Shown: positions 32,550 to 42,079 of the stretch, piece by piece
How the letters are laid out: every line of letters starts with the position of its first letter
Position numbering within the stretch: position 1 is the first letter of the stretch
From: an uncultured Verrucomicrobiae bacterium
GTDB lineage: Bacteria > Verrucomicrobiota > Verrucomicrobiia > Limisphaerales > Palsa-1400
Reading direction: 5' to 3'
Assembly: GCA_963764165.1 (NCBI GenBank)
Contig: CAVXRD010000004.1
Coordinates: forward strand, 704,001-768,000
DNA: 64,000 nucleotides
Program-made: the position numbers and the translations under genes
Notes under the pieces: generated by a model
What the model was told of the DNA's origin: nothing
Database searches by the model: none
The model's input: the letters and a program-made list of their open reading frames with translations, nothing else

Positions 32550-34229
32550 CTACGCGACGGCACACCAACATTCCTTTTGAAAGTCTGTCGAAAGCGCTTC
32601 TGTCAAGAAGATCTGATTCCCGTCTTTGTCCCTGCCAGACCAGCGAATGTAGTTCTTCGACAAATCAGTTTTCTCGCCGCCTGACAAAAGTGTTTCCACA
32701 CACATCGAGGTTGCCAACCCGGCCACTATTCCCAGATCGTAGGTTGTACCTGTAAACGTGGGTTGGTCACAACCCGGGGCAAAAACTTCTCCTTTCGCTA
32801 ACGGAGCCGATGGCGGCTTGTGGTTATAGTATTGATCCAGCCAACAAAGGTAACAGGGCGTTTTCCCCGGCACCATTCTAATAATTTCGCCAGCCCATGC
32901 GCCATTCGTCACCGAAGCAACCACTAATGGTATCCCCCTCTCGAACGAAATTTCATTCAGAAAGTGCCTCGCAGAATGAACACCCGAACAGTCAATCATA
33001 ATGTCAGCGTCTTTTAGCAAATCGTAGAATTGCTGTTCCAGGGCTACGGAGCCAATCCCGCCCACTTGGAACGTAAGAGTGCTGGAATGTTCAGCGACGA
33101 CAGGATTCAACGAACAGAGGCGTTCCAGCAACGCCTTTTCCTTGTTCATGCCGAAATACTCAATACCGAGTTCGTGACGAACAGAATTATTGGGTTCAAA
33201 GTAATCAAAGTCCACTAACCCGAAGCGATTCACACCGGATGCTGCTAAATTCGCAGCAATCTTTGATCCTAAGCTGCCGCAACCAATCAGCACTGCTCGC
33301 TTTTGTTCAAGGCCGTCCAAGTCGGGAATTCGAACGTAGCGCTCCTGTTGTATGTATGGAAATGTCCGCACCAAGTGGGGGTGTCCCGTCGAATTTGTCC
33401 TGATAACCATCCAAGTGAGTCGAGTTCGATTTTGCGCTCCCACCTCTTCTTGGAAAACTAGCGCAATCCAGTAAAAATCCGCCTTCTTAGAACCCTGTAC
33501 CTTCTGAAAGCACTTTTTTACGACTTCTGGTAGGTTTTCCTGTGTGGGCGGTTCTTCGAGGTAAAACCATTCACCAGCAATGTCTTTACCGTGATTGCGG
33601 AGCAAGCCTGAGAATTGCGAGAAACATTTTATTGTTTCGGCTCCAAAATCGGCTTCGAATACTATTCCGCGCCCCTTCGTTTCCTTTTTTTGGTCTCCTT
33701 CATGTACAAACTTCCCCCGAAATTTACCGCTCTTATGCTTGAGCTGCCCAAATCCCTCGTATGTCGAGATTGGCGGTGGGACCAACATGGCGGTTTCAGG
33801 AATATGAAAAACGGAACGGGTCAGCGGTTCCGGGGGTTGATGTTCAACCGATACGCCTACATCTTTGAATTCTGCGATAAGTTGTTCGGCCTCGACGAGC
33901 GCGTCTTTGACCGAGAGTGTCGCGCACCATCGACTTTCGTCAAAACCAAAAAGACAGAGCTGTCGAGAATCGATTCGATGATGTCGAATTAGCAATTTAC
34001 TAGGGTGCGAATCATAAACTTTTGGAGCGGAGGAAGGAAACGTCTCGGGAAAAACGACAATTAACTTCCTTCCCGGATCGCTCTTGGAATGCCCTACGAA
34101 TTGGATCGCCCCTTCGTCGAAGGTTTCGCGAACAAGTGCGAAACCGGCGGCTTCAAGAATTTCCTGCTGTTGAGCAAACAACGGCGGGTCTTTCTCAAAC
34201 CACCGCTTGTAATCCCGATTCACACTCAT
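32550..34229 (-). CDS. Fused E2-like + ThiF/E1 ubiquitin-activating-like enzyme (Cap2-like architecture)
   Basis: E2: FPETFPSSAPKVY...RHH.....LCLF....W; E1: LIGCGSLGS, DFDYFEPNNSVRH, PCYLC, PGCDQPTFTG, terminal CWC. Confidence 0.88.
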   Translation of the reverse strand: MSVNRDYKRWFEKDPPLFAQQQEILEAAGFALVRETFDEGAIQFVGHSKSDPGRKLIVVFPETFPSSAPKVYDSHPSKLLIRHHRIDSRQLCLFGFDESRWCATLSVKDALVEAEQLIAEFKDVGVSVEHQPPEPLTRSVFHIPETAMLVPPPISTYEGFGQLKHKSGKFRGKFVHEGDQKKETKGRGIVFEADFGAETIKCFSQFSGLLRNHGKDIAGEWFYLEEPPTQENLPEVVKKCFQKVQGSKKADFYWIALVFQEEVGAQNRTRLTWMVIRTNSTGHPHLVRTFPYIQQERYVRIPDLDGLEQKRAVLIGCGSLGSKIAANLAASGVNRFGLVDFDYFEPNNSVRHELGIEYFGMNKEKALLERLCSLNPVVAEHSSTLTFQVGGIGSVALEQQFYDLLKDADIMIDCSGVHSARHFLNEISFERGIPLVVASVTNGAWAGEIIRMVPGKTPCYLCWLDQYYNHKPPSAPLAKGEVFAPGCDQPTFTGTTYDLGIVAGLATSMCVETLLSGGEKTDLSKNYIRWSGRDKDGNQIFLTEALSTDFQKECWCAVA

Positions 34230-34468
34230 TTTGCGTGTGTCCGATTCGGCTGGGGTGGACGGTCATGATGCCGTCGTGGATGTTCATCGTGATGAGCGTG
34301 CTCTTGCTTCTCGCATTCCAGGCAGTGCTTTTTTCCGCCGTCCCCCTCTACCCGGTGCTCGGGCTTGATTCGGCGCCCGTCGGGACAGGTGTCCGTATCG
34401 TGATAAACCTCGCGATGAGTTGGGGCATGTTCGTGCGAATTTGTATGAAATGGTTTTACTTTTGCCAT
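34226..34468 (-). CDS. Small His-rich putative zinc-binding protein (YHxxxxC...CxxC)
   Basis: 80 aa from ATG 34468; YHDTDTCPDG...GDGGKKHCLEC; 14 His; stop overlaps the E2-E1 start (ATGA). Confidence 0.72.
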   Translation of the reverse strand: MAKVKPFHTNSHEHAPTHREVYHDTDTCPDGRRIKPEHRVEGDGGKKHCLECEKQEHAHHDEHPRRHHDRPPQPNRTHAK

Positions 34469-34721
34469 AAACTTTTGATGTTTCAAATTATGTTTTTAGG
34501 GGGCGTTTCGCCCCAAAACCTAAATCCCTTTTGAAAGCATCACGGATGCCAATAGTGCAAATAGCCCCACTAATAGGTAGTATATTGCTCGCCAACAACA
34601 ACATCTAGCGGTCAGGCAATACCCGCACGAACCGTTCAGGTGAGTCATTAAGGCTCTTAATGATTGTCGCATGTCTCACATTTGGGGACAATTTGACTCA
34701 CTTATTACCAATTCCCGCTGT

Positions 34722-34887
34722 CGCCTCGCCGGATTCGAAATGCCGATTCGGGTTTGTTCGCCGCGCCCTCTTACCAATACACCGTCCGGTCAAAGTCGTT
34801 CCAGCCCAGCCCGGTCGAAGGCGTTTCACCACGCACGAATACGCCCTGACTTCGGACGGTGCGTCCAGCGTGCGAGCGGCGACCCTG
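34722..34887. repeat. Copy 2 of ~165-bp diverged direct repeat
   Basis: Match to 31606-31768. Confidence 0.85.
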
Positions 34888-35138
34888 AGGGCCAGAGCGC
34901 GATAACGTGGAGAAACCGCCGTGGCGCTCCATTTATTTGAATCGGCCAAGAGCAGGCAATGAACGATGGAAACGATAGCACGGAGCTATGTAAAAATCGC
35001 CCCACAATTCCGGCCGCAACAAGCCGACGCCCAACACGGAATTACAGCCCCAAACCCCAAGCTTTCGTTTATTCTTTGGTGCATGGCACTAATGAATAAT
35101 ATCTCAGAGAACTCCAGTTACCTCATCAATCTCTTTGA

Positions 35139-35648
35139 TCACGATCCCCTGCTCCTCAGAAAATGCTCTGCGAGCGCTACTGCATCAAAAATGTCCATCC
35201 GGCAGTCTTCGTTCATCCCGCACTTGCGCTTTGGCGGTAGGTCATCGGCGAGATCAGCCGCAAAGCGGGAGGCCAGATTCTCGGCCAACGCATACTTCGA
35301 CCCCGTCGCATCTTTGATAAACGCAAGATTCAACTGTTTGCGTGAATATTGCTTCACATCGCGGTGTTCGCCTTCGGCCAATGCGACGATTTCTTTGGTG
35401 AGCGCCTGCACCCGAGAGCGCCGCCTTGATCCGGGCGACCCGGTGTCTTCCAGGGCGATTGCGTTTGGCTCATACTGCGCTATAAGATTGGCTACATTCG
35501 ACAGGGAGCGATTATTTTTGTCCCCTTTCACCGTCTTGACACCCCAATCCACCAAGATGTTCTTCCCCTCCATCACGGCATAGCCGACGCCGCGCGACGA
35601 CGCCACAATTCCCAAGACCCTTATATGTTTTTCTTGACGATGACTCAT
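35139..35648 (-). CDS. RuvC-like RNase H-fold protein
   Basis: VLGIVASSRGVGYAV, PNAIALED and IFDAVALA follow the RuvC motif spacing; first catalytic Asp appears replaced by Val. Confidence 0.65.
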   Translation of the reverse strand: MSHRQEKHIRVLGIVASSRGVGYAVMEGKNILVDWGVKTVKGDKNNRSLSNVANLIAQYEPNAIALEDTGSPGSRRRSRVQALTKEIVALAEGEHRDVKQYSRKQLNLAFIKDATGSKYALAENLASRFAADLADDLPPKRKCGMNEDCRMDIFDAVALAEHFLRSRGS

Positions 35649-35659
35649 GTTTGTTTTGA

Positions 35660-36004
35660 TTATTTCTTAAAATCTACGCAAGCAATTGCTGCGAGGGTCC
35701 GGCGCCTGCGGATGGAACCCTGGTTTCGTGTGCCATTGCCTTTTCTCCCCATCAGTGTTTTTGCCCGCGCTCGCACTTCTGCTTCAATCCTGTGATACGG
35801 GCCCGGGAAAAGCTCCGAAACCATGCACTGGAATATCGCTTCATAGGCGAGGGCGGTGTAAAGCCCCGGCTCCCGCGTGAACCGTTCGTACCTACTGACC
35901 TTGGAGGCGCTGACGACACCCAACAGGTAGGCCACGTCCTTTTGGGACAGCGCGGAGCGCTTGCGATATTTCCGCACATGATTGGAAAGATGTTGCGAAG
36001 CCAT
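35660..36004 (-). CDS. XRE-family HTH regulator
   Basis: NHVRKYRKRSALSQKDVAYLLG....KVSRYE....P. Confidence 0.85.
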   Translation of the reverse strand: MASQHLSNHVRKYRKRSALSQKDVAYLLGVVSASKVSRYERFTREPGLYTALAYEAIFQCMVSELFPGPYHRIEAEVRARAKTLMGRKGNGTRNQGSIRRRRTLAAIACVDFKK

Positions 36005-36086
36005 GAAGTGATTATGAAAGAACTCAGCCTGCGAGTTCAGAACTCCAGACTAAACGAATAATGGCGGAGGCGGTAGGAGGGAAAAT

Positions 36087-36102
36087 TTGCCGTGCGCGGC
36101 AA
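36087..36102. promoter_or_regulatory. Palindromic operator-like site TTGCCG-N4-CGGCAA
   Basis: TTGCCGTGCGCGGCAA upstream of the XRE gene; six related copies elsewhere. Confidence 0.7.
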
Positions 36103-36369
36103 CTTTCCACAAAAACAGCGAGCCTGTGAGGCCCGTCCTTGCACAATATATTAAAACACAAAATTCGCGGTCTGAAAAATGACGAGTTGAGGATATTTGG
36201 GAACCACAGGGAACGATGGGCTGTGCGCTTTGGAACTTTAGCTAAGTCTGCCGATGGCCACGCAAAACCAGACATTTCTTAAATTATGGCTCGGTTGACG
36301 TACCGATTGGGTACGTTAGCATGGCAGTCAGGGTATCTGTTGGAGCGTATAGCCAACCTGAATTAAAAT

Positions 36370-36385
36370 TTGCCGCAAAGCGCAA
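36370..36385. promoter_or_regulatory. Operator-like palindrome variant upstream of the recombinase operon
   Basis: TTGCCGCAAAGCGCAA followed by CCCTCCTTCCGC and TACAAT. Confidence 0.55.
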
Positions 36386-36431
36386 GAAGTCCCTCCTTCC
36401 GCCGTTCCCACGTTTCGTTACAATCGGTGGT

Positions 36432-36722
36432 ATGGATGATCAATTTTCACCCGAATCCCCGGACAGCTTGCTCACGAACGAGCAACCAACTGGCTCACGC
36501 GAAGTCCATAATGGTCAGCCAGGTAATCGTGTCCAATTCACCAACGAAACCATAGAATCCTTGCGCGAGTATGGCGAGGTTTTACGGGCGATACATAATC
36601 GGCTCATTTCTGAAGGGTTCACCATTCGGGAAGGCAAAATATGGAAGGAACCAGCATCACCCATCATCAATGGAGATAATCGACACAGAACGCCAAACAC
36701 TCAAAGACATCGTCGCGGGTAA
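36432..36722 (+). CDS. Small hypothetical protein preceding the recombinase
   Basis: ORF from ATG 36432 with helical core ETIESLREYGEVLRAIHNRLISEGF; overlaps the recombinase start. Confidence 0.5.
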   Translation: MDDQFSPESPDSLLTNEQPTGSREVHNGQPGNRVQFTNETIESLREYGEVLRAIHNRLISEGFTIREGKIWKEPASPIINGDNRHRTPNTQRHRRG

Positions 36723-38433
36723 ATACCGGAACTGCTATCTCGTGTACGCCCGCAAGAGCACCGACGAACCAGACAATCAGAAGAATTCGATAAAGTATCA
36801 GCGAGGGGAAAACACCAAGTTCGCGCAACGGGAAAGCCTGGCCATCGCGCCCGTCACGCTCAAAGGATTCTCCGTGGATGGAATCGTTTCCGAGCGGCAT
36901 TCCGGCTTCAAGGAAGACAATGAAATCAGCATGACGGCGAGCGGCATGGTTCAATACCGCATCGAAAGGCCGAAGTTTCAGCGGCTCATTCAATTCCTCA
37001 GCAGGGGCTCGTTCAAGGGAATCATCGTCCTCTGCTGGGATCGTGTAAGCCGCAACCGAGGCGACGACACCGTGGTCCGAAAGCTGATGAAGAAGGGCGT
37101 CGATGTACGTTTTGTCTATGCCACCTACGAAAAAACGAGCGCGGGCGCGCTTCACATGGACATAGATGGCATGTTTGCGGAGCATCATTCCCGGGTCACG
37201 GCTGAAAAAGTGACCAAAACGATGGCAAGCTTGCGTGAGCGCGGCATCTGCACTTACAAAGCCCCCATCGGGTATCTCAATGAAGGCAGGATGGAACACA
37301 AGCCATTCGATCCGGTGAGGTCCCCAATTATCAAGCGGATGTTCGAGATCCTTGCCGCCAAAGAGTGGAGTCTCTCTGATTTAACGGCTTGGGCGAACCA
37401 GCAGGGGTTGACCACCGTGCCCTCAAGGCGCAGGAGAACCCCGGATGAAATGCTCGCGGAGGAAGAAGACGATATTGAAATCGAAGCGCTTTCACGACCG
37501 ATGACCATAACGAAGGTCCACAGAATCCTGACCAATCCATTCTATACAGGCAAGATTTTGGGAATTGACGGCACATACATACCGAGCACGAGCCATCAGC
37601 CGTTGGTAACGGAACAGCTTTTCAACAAAGCCCACCAGGCGCTCAATCGAAAAAGATCGAGCGTGCATTATGCCGAGACGCTGGACTTGCCGGCTCGCGG
37701 GCTGGTCCGTTGCGCCGATTGCCGGCGAGTATATACTCCGTACACAAAAAAGGGAATCTACTACTTTTATGCGCGGTGCCAACCCAACTGCCCAAACAAG
37801 CACAAGAACTTCAACTTGGATTTTTTGGAGCGGGAAATCACCAAGTCCTTGTCAGGCCTTTCATTCACCGATGATGAACTCGCCAACTTGGAGGCTCTCA
37901 CCAAAACCGATATTTCCATCCTCGAGAACAAACGTCATGCGGAGCTTGAGGAAGGCGAACGCTGCAAGAAGAAGCTCCGAGAGGACCTGGCATATTTGAG
38001 GGCCAACAAGCTGTCTCTCCTTAAAACCGGCGTGTATTCGCCGGAAAGCTTCATGGAAGAGGAGAATTCGCTCAACGCGAGCCTCACTTCCCTTCACGCC
38101 GCCGAGGAAGCATCCGACGCCTCAATGCACGAGGTTATCAAGGACCTGGTAAAACTTTCAGAACTCGTGAAATATGGCTCAGGCTATTACGAAATGGCGA
38201 ATTCCAGAGAAAAAGAGCAATTGGCGCGAATAATCTTTTCAGAACTTTCCGTTTCCGGAAATACCCTTATTTACCAATGTAAAAACGGATTCAAGGCTCT
38301 TCAAAACCGATTTAGCCCTGTTTGTGACCATACAGAGTGGCTTTCAGAAGCAGTGCGAAATAACAACCACATCCAGGACAGCATCGAATCGTTGATGGCA
38401 ATGACCTGCAAGAGTCCACTTTGCGGGCCATGA
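36670..38433 (+). CDS. Large serine recombinase (integrase)
   Basis: YARKST catalytic motif, RPKFQRL, WDRVSRN, APIGY, ILTNPFYTG, HQPLVT, CADC zinc ribbon, coiled coil. Confidence 0.93.
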   Translation: MEIIDTERQTLKDIVAGKYRNCYLVYARKSTDEPDNQKNSIKYQRGENTKFAQRESLAIAPVTLKGFSVDGIVSERHSGFKEDNEISMTASGMVQYRIERPKFQRLIQFLSRGSFKGIIVLCWDRVSRNRGDDTVVRKLMKKGVDVRFVYATYEKTSAGALHMDIDGMFAEHHSRVTAEKVTKTMASLRERGICTYKAPIGYLNEGRMEHKPFDPVRSPIIKRMFEILAAKEWSLSDLTAWANQQGLTTVPSRRRRTPDEMLAEEEDDIEIEALSRPMTITKVHRILTNPFYTGKILGIDGTYIPSTSHQPLVTEQLFNKAHQALNRKRSSVHYAETLDLPARGLVRCADCRRVYTPYTKKGIYYFYARCQPNCPNKHKNFNLDFLEREITKSLSGLSFTDDELANLEALTKTDISILENKRHAELEEGERCKKKLREDLAYLRANKLSLLKTGVYSPESFMEEENSLNASLTSLHAAEEASDASMHEVIKDLVKLSELVKYGSGYYEMANSREKEQLARIIFSELSVSGNTLIYQCKNGFKALQNRFSPVCDHTEWLSEAVRNNNHIQDSIESLMAMTCKSPLCGP

Positions 38434-38443
38434 TGGGGAAGGT

Positions 38444-38459
38444 TTGCCGTTAAAGGCAA
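38444..38459. promoter_or_regulatory. Operator-like palindrome upstream of XRE gene
   Basis: TTGCCGTTAAAGGCAA with flanking GGGAAG/CTTCCC symmetry, followed by TTATAA. Confidence 0.65.
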
Positions 38460-38506
38460 CTCTTCCCTCCTTTTTCTCTTTTACCATTCCGTTATTATAA
38501 CATCAT

Positions 38507-38854
38507 ATGATACCAAAAATACAAAAATATCCCAACACACTTCGAGAGCATCGCAAAAGGGCTGGATTGCGCCAGCATGAGGTTGCTCACCTTCTCGGGC
38601 TCGATGGAAGCACAGAGCGAATTTCCAAGTGGGAGAATGGATCAGCGGTTCCACACTTGGCTAATGTGTTCAAGCTCTCGTTGATTTACAAGGTCTCGCC
38701 GCAGGACCTGTATTCCGAGATGTTCAAAACGATTGCGACTGGCGGGAGCCTTTCTGATCTACGAGTTTCACCTCCTTCGCCGGAGGCAGGCATATCCTGC
38801 TATTGCGGACGGTGCTGCTCTCCTTCTCCGCAATCGGCACCCGCGTCGGATTGA
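38507..38854 (+). CDS. XRE-family HTH regulator (3' end may be altered by the adjacent IS remnant)
   Basis: PNTLREHRKRAGLRQHEVAHLLG....RISKWENG..P. Confidence 0.85.
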   Translation: MIPKIQKYPNTLREHRKRAGLRQHEVAHLLGLDGSTERISKWENGSAVPHLANVFKLSLIYKVSPQDLYSEMFKTIATGGSLSDLRVSPPSPEAGISCYCGRCCSPSPQSAPASD

Positions 38855-39480
38855 TCTTCTTTTTCAGGGCATTGCAGCCTTTGAACTGTTTGCGGGTCCA
38901 AAACTTGATGGCCGCCAGTCCCAGGGGCAGTCCGTCCAGGGTGATGGCCAGAGTGCTGTGCATTAGAATGCCGCGCACCGTAATGAATTTAATGCGTCCG
39001 TCCTTGCCCTTGCCGCAGGCGGGCCGGCCAAGGAGCCCGATCTTGGAATCCTTGTCCCGCTGAAACGAGAACTCGCAGGTGTCATGGAGCATCAGAATCT
39101 TCTGGCCGGACTGCGCGAGCCGCCCGCGGGTGGCCTGAAAATGCCCCGCCATGATCTGGTCCTCGCTCACCGATTCATTGGAGAAAAAGCGGTAAGCCGC
39201 CTTGGTATTGGCCCAATCCTGGCAGGCATACGGGACGCTTTCGCCGATTCCCTCCGACATCATCCCCAGAAGTTTGTTGAACCGCTTGGCCAACCGCACG
39301 TCCTTAAAGTCGCACCCTTCCACTTCGTTATCAATCCAGGTGCTGGCGGGAATTATCTCTGACTTCGTAACCGAATTCTTGGTTTGCATCCCAAGGTTCC
39401 ACCACAAGTGGCTAAATTTGTACATTTATTTCGCAAACAATCTTCATTCTTCATCGAATACTTGTGGGTAATTGAAAGGG
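38815..39480 (-). mobile_element. Truncated IS4-family (IS50/Tn5-like) element: 5' half of transposase plus one end
   Basis: FKDVRLAKRF, SVPYACQDWANTKAAYRFFSN, HDTCEFSF, GILMHS, PLGL, PIAEKES then homology stops; candidate end CCCTTTCAATTACCCACAAG at 39480-39461. Confidence 0.85.
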
Positions 39481-39485
39481 CTCGT

Positions 39486-39496
39486 GTGACGCTTAC
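39486..39496. repeat. Orphan IS66 terminal inverted repeat
   Basis: GTGACGCTTAC, identical to the end at 42128-42138. Confidence 0.7.
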
Positions 39497-39709
39497 AAAT
39501 GAACGGATCGGATGCAGCCTGTAAAGAAGACTTTTGCAGCGAGGGAAAAGCTGAATAAGAAAATTGAGGACGGAAGCGTCTTATCTATTGACTCAATGTC
39601 CTACTCGGTGACTCCCCTTTGTGTGTTATTTGATTGTAAGCGTCACGCGACGCACCGTGTGACTGAACTAGAGTTTTGTAGAGACGCCAGAGGCAGCTAT
39701 CTCTGACAT

Positions 39710-41251
39710 CTACGCTGCTTTTGCAGAGGGGCGGCGAGATTTGGCCCAAGCTCCTGGGGTGACTTCTGGTATTCGGTGGTTGGTCATTCGAGGCAGGCGG
39801 GCGAGAACATCGCAGAGGTATGCGTATGGATCGATGTTTCGGCGGCGGCAGCTTTCGATGATGCTGTAAACAATCGCTCCGCGCTGGCCAGCGCCGGCTT
39901 CTCCGACAAAGAGCCAGTTTTTCTTTCCAACCGCCGTGGGACGAATGGAATTCTCGACTAAATTGTTGTCTATTTCAACGCTTCCTTTTTCAAGGTAGAC
40001 GCTCAGGGTTGGCCATTGGCCCAAGGCATAATCCATGGCCTGGCCCAGCAGACTTTGCGGCAGATAGCGATGGCTGGCCTTGAGCCGGACCAGGGCGCGT
40101 TGAAGTCGCTGAACGACCGGCTTGCTTTGGCTGGCCCGGTGGGCGGCGCGCAAGTTCGGACCCGCTCGATGCTCTCTCAGCTTGGCTTCGACTCGATAAA
40201 GTTGCTGGATTTGACCCAGGAACCAAGCCGCCGTGCGAGGCGATTGCTCCAGGGCCTCGTAAAACTTGCGCCGAACATGGGCCCAGCAACCTGTCAACTG
40301 GACGGTTCCATTGCGGCTGTCGGCAAAGGAGCGATAGGCCGAGTAGCCATCACACTGGATGACTCCCCGAAAATTAACCGGGATCAAATTGTTCAGGCAC
40401 TGCGTTCCGCGACTGGTTTCCCACCGAAAGACGACATCACCTCCCGGACGGCTGCAGGTCCAAAAATAACCTTGCCGGGTTTTCCCATGGCCTGGTTCCA
40501 GGAACTGGATTGGCGTTTCGTCCACTTGCACGTAGCCGCCAGCCATCACTCCGGTGAGGATTTGTTCATAAATGGGTCGCAGCCAATCCGCCGCCAGTTC
40601 CACCCAGCGGGCCAGCGTCTGCCGGGGCAGTGCAACGCCGTGGCGCTGCCGATACATCTGTTCCTGCCGGTAAAGCGGCATGTGGTCGCAATACTTGCTG
40701 ACCAGCACATGGGCCAGCAATCCCGGCGCGGCCATGCCGCGCTCCAGCAAACACTCAGGCAGCGGCGCCACAATAGGCGGGCGATCCTGGTCCTGCCGGT
40801 GAACATACTTGCGGCGAATGGTGCGGCGGCGCAGAAAACGGCCCGGCTCGTAATCCAGTTGTTCGCTCACCTCCTGGCCAATGTAACGCCAGAGTTGCGG
40901 TTGAGCTTTGACCACGTCTGGATCAATGACTTCTTCCACCACCGGCAGGTTTTCCGGCAAGCGGGGTTTGCTTTCAGTGGCGGCGGGCTTGGATGGTTTA
41001 ACCGTCGGAGCGATGGTTGGCGGAACATCAACGACCGATTTGATTGGCTCCGGTCCTTGCAACAAGAACTGCAACTGGGCCGGATTTATCTGCTCGCTGC
41101 TGGAGCCAAACACCCGGCGGACCAAGGCATCCACCTTTTGCCGAAGGACGGTGTTTTCCCGCCGGAGGGCTTCCTCCCTCCGCAGCGATTCAGTCAAGGC
41201 CTGCTGGCATTTTTCCAGCAGTTGGGCCAGTTGAAGTTCCTGCTCCGTCAC
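39710..41251 (-). CDS. tnpC: IS66 DDE transposase
   Basis: FGSSSEQ, KYCDHMPLYRQ, VDETP, CDGYSAY, CWAHVRRKF, IDNNLVENSIRP. Confidence 0.95.
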   Translation of the reverse strand: MTEQELQLAQLLEKCQQALTESLRREEALRRENTVLRQKVDALVRRVFGSSSEQINPAQLQFLLQGPEPIKSVVDVPPTIAPTVKPSKPAATESKPRLPENLPVVEEVIDPDVVKAQPQLWRYIGQEVSEQLDYEPGRFLRRRTIRRKYVHRQDQDRPPIVAPLPECLLERGMAAPGLLAHVLVSKYCDHMPLYRQEQMYRQRHGVALPRQTLARWVELAADWLRPIYEQILTGVMAGGYVQVDETPIQFLEPGHGKTRQGYFWTCSRPGGDVVFRWETSRGTQCLNNLIPVNFRGVIQCDGYSAYRSFADSRNGTVQLTGCWAHVRRKFYEALEQSPRTAAWFLGQIQQLYRVEAKLREHRAGPNLRAAHRASQSKPVVQRLQRALVRLKASHRYLPQSLLGQAMDYALGQWPTLSVYLEKGSVEIDNNLVENSIRPTAVGKKNWLFVGEAGAGQRGAIVYSIIESCRRRNIDPYAYLCDVLARLPRMTNHRIPEVTPGAWAKSRRPSAKAA

Positions 41252-41318
41252 GACAGAGCAAGGGTTTAACGGAAAACGCCCCTACAGTCAAGTATAATTA
41301 AGAAAATCCCTCACTTTT

Positions 41319-41675
41319 TTATGGCTGCCGCTCATACCACGGCCGCAAGGTGCCGCCCCGCAAATCAACGCCATCAGTCAGCATCGCCAAAGCCTGCGGC
41401 GTCAGCGACATTTTCTTTTGCCCGGCATCCACCGTCTGCGGCCAGAAGAAAGTGCCATTTTCGAGGCGCTTCGTCAGAAGCCAAAGTCCGGTGCCATCCC
41501 AGCAGAGCATTTTGAGCCGGGTTCGGCGGCGGTTGGTAAACACAAAGATCGCGCCTTGGCGGGGATCCTCGCCCAGCCGCTCGGTGACCAGACCATGGAG
41601 GCCATTAAAACTCTTGCGCAGATCGCACGGCTCCATCGCCAGCAACACTTTGATGCTTCCGGAAAAACTCAGCAT
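41319..41675 (-). CDS. tnpB: IS66 accessory protein
   Basis: DLRKSFNGL, FVFTNRRR, LCWDGTGLWL..KRLE.G.F.WP. Confidence 0.95.
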   Translation of the reverse strand: MLSFSGSIKVLLAMEPCDLRKSFNGLHGLVTERLGEDPRQGAIFVFTNRRRTRLKMLCWDGTGLWLLTKRLENGTFFWPQTVDAGQKKMSLTPQALAMLTDGVDLRGGTLRPWYERQP

Positions 41676-42079
41676 CGCGATGGTGTGTTAAGAGCCAGCA
41701 ACAGCGCCGCCGCCAGCTCGGCTTGCCGGGCATCGGCAATCTCGGCGCGAGCGTCTTTGCCGAAATAGACTTTCAGCACGGATGTCTCCTTGGAAGTCGC
41801 GACCCTGGCCTGATCGACCATCGCCTCCAACCACTGCACCTGGGCCTTTTCCTCGGGACCCTTGGCCAGCGGGGCTTCCGTGGAACGACTCCGCTTGCGC
41901 CTGGCCACCCAGGCGGCGAAGGTCGAATACTTAACCCCTGACAGCCCAGCAAATTTAGGACAACTCAACCCGCTGCGCTCAAACTCATCCAGCAACTGCT
42001 CTTTGCGCAGTCGGGGCGTCTGAAGGCGCGCCAATGAATCGGTTTTAAGAATCTGACCAGAGCTCTGTGTAGATGTCAT
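41669..42079 (-). CDS. tnpA: IS66 accessory protein
   Basis: FERSGLS..KFA...GVKYSTFAAW HTH; first gene in the element. Confidence 0.85.
   Translation of the reverse strand: MTSTQSSGQILKTDSLARLQTPRLRKEQLLDEFERSGLSCPKFAGLSGVKYSTFAAWVARRKRSRSTEAPLAKGPEEKAQVQWLEAMVDQARVATSKETSVLKVYFGKDARAEIADARQAELAAALLLALNTPSRC

Noticed and set aside
32090..34229. Calling the operon a canonical type II CBASS or Pycsar
   Set aside because: No CD-NTase or cyclase motif and no cyclic-oligonucleotide effector is visible nearby
36062..36078. TGGCGGAGGCGGTAGGA as a tRNA-Ser 3' attachment-site remnant
   Set aside because: It resembles a tRNA end but overlaps the CCTCCTACCGC tract shared by the regulon promoters, and no tRNA body or partner att site is in the window
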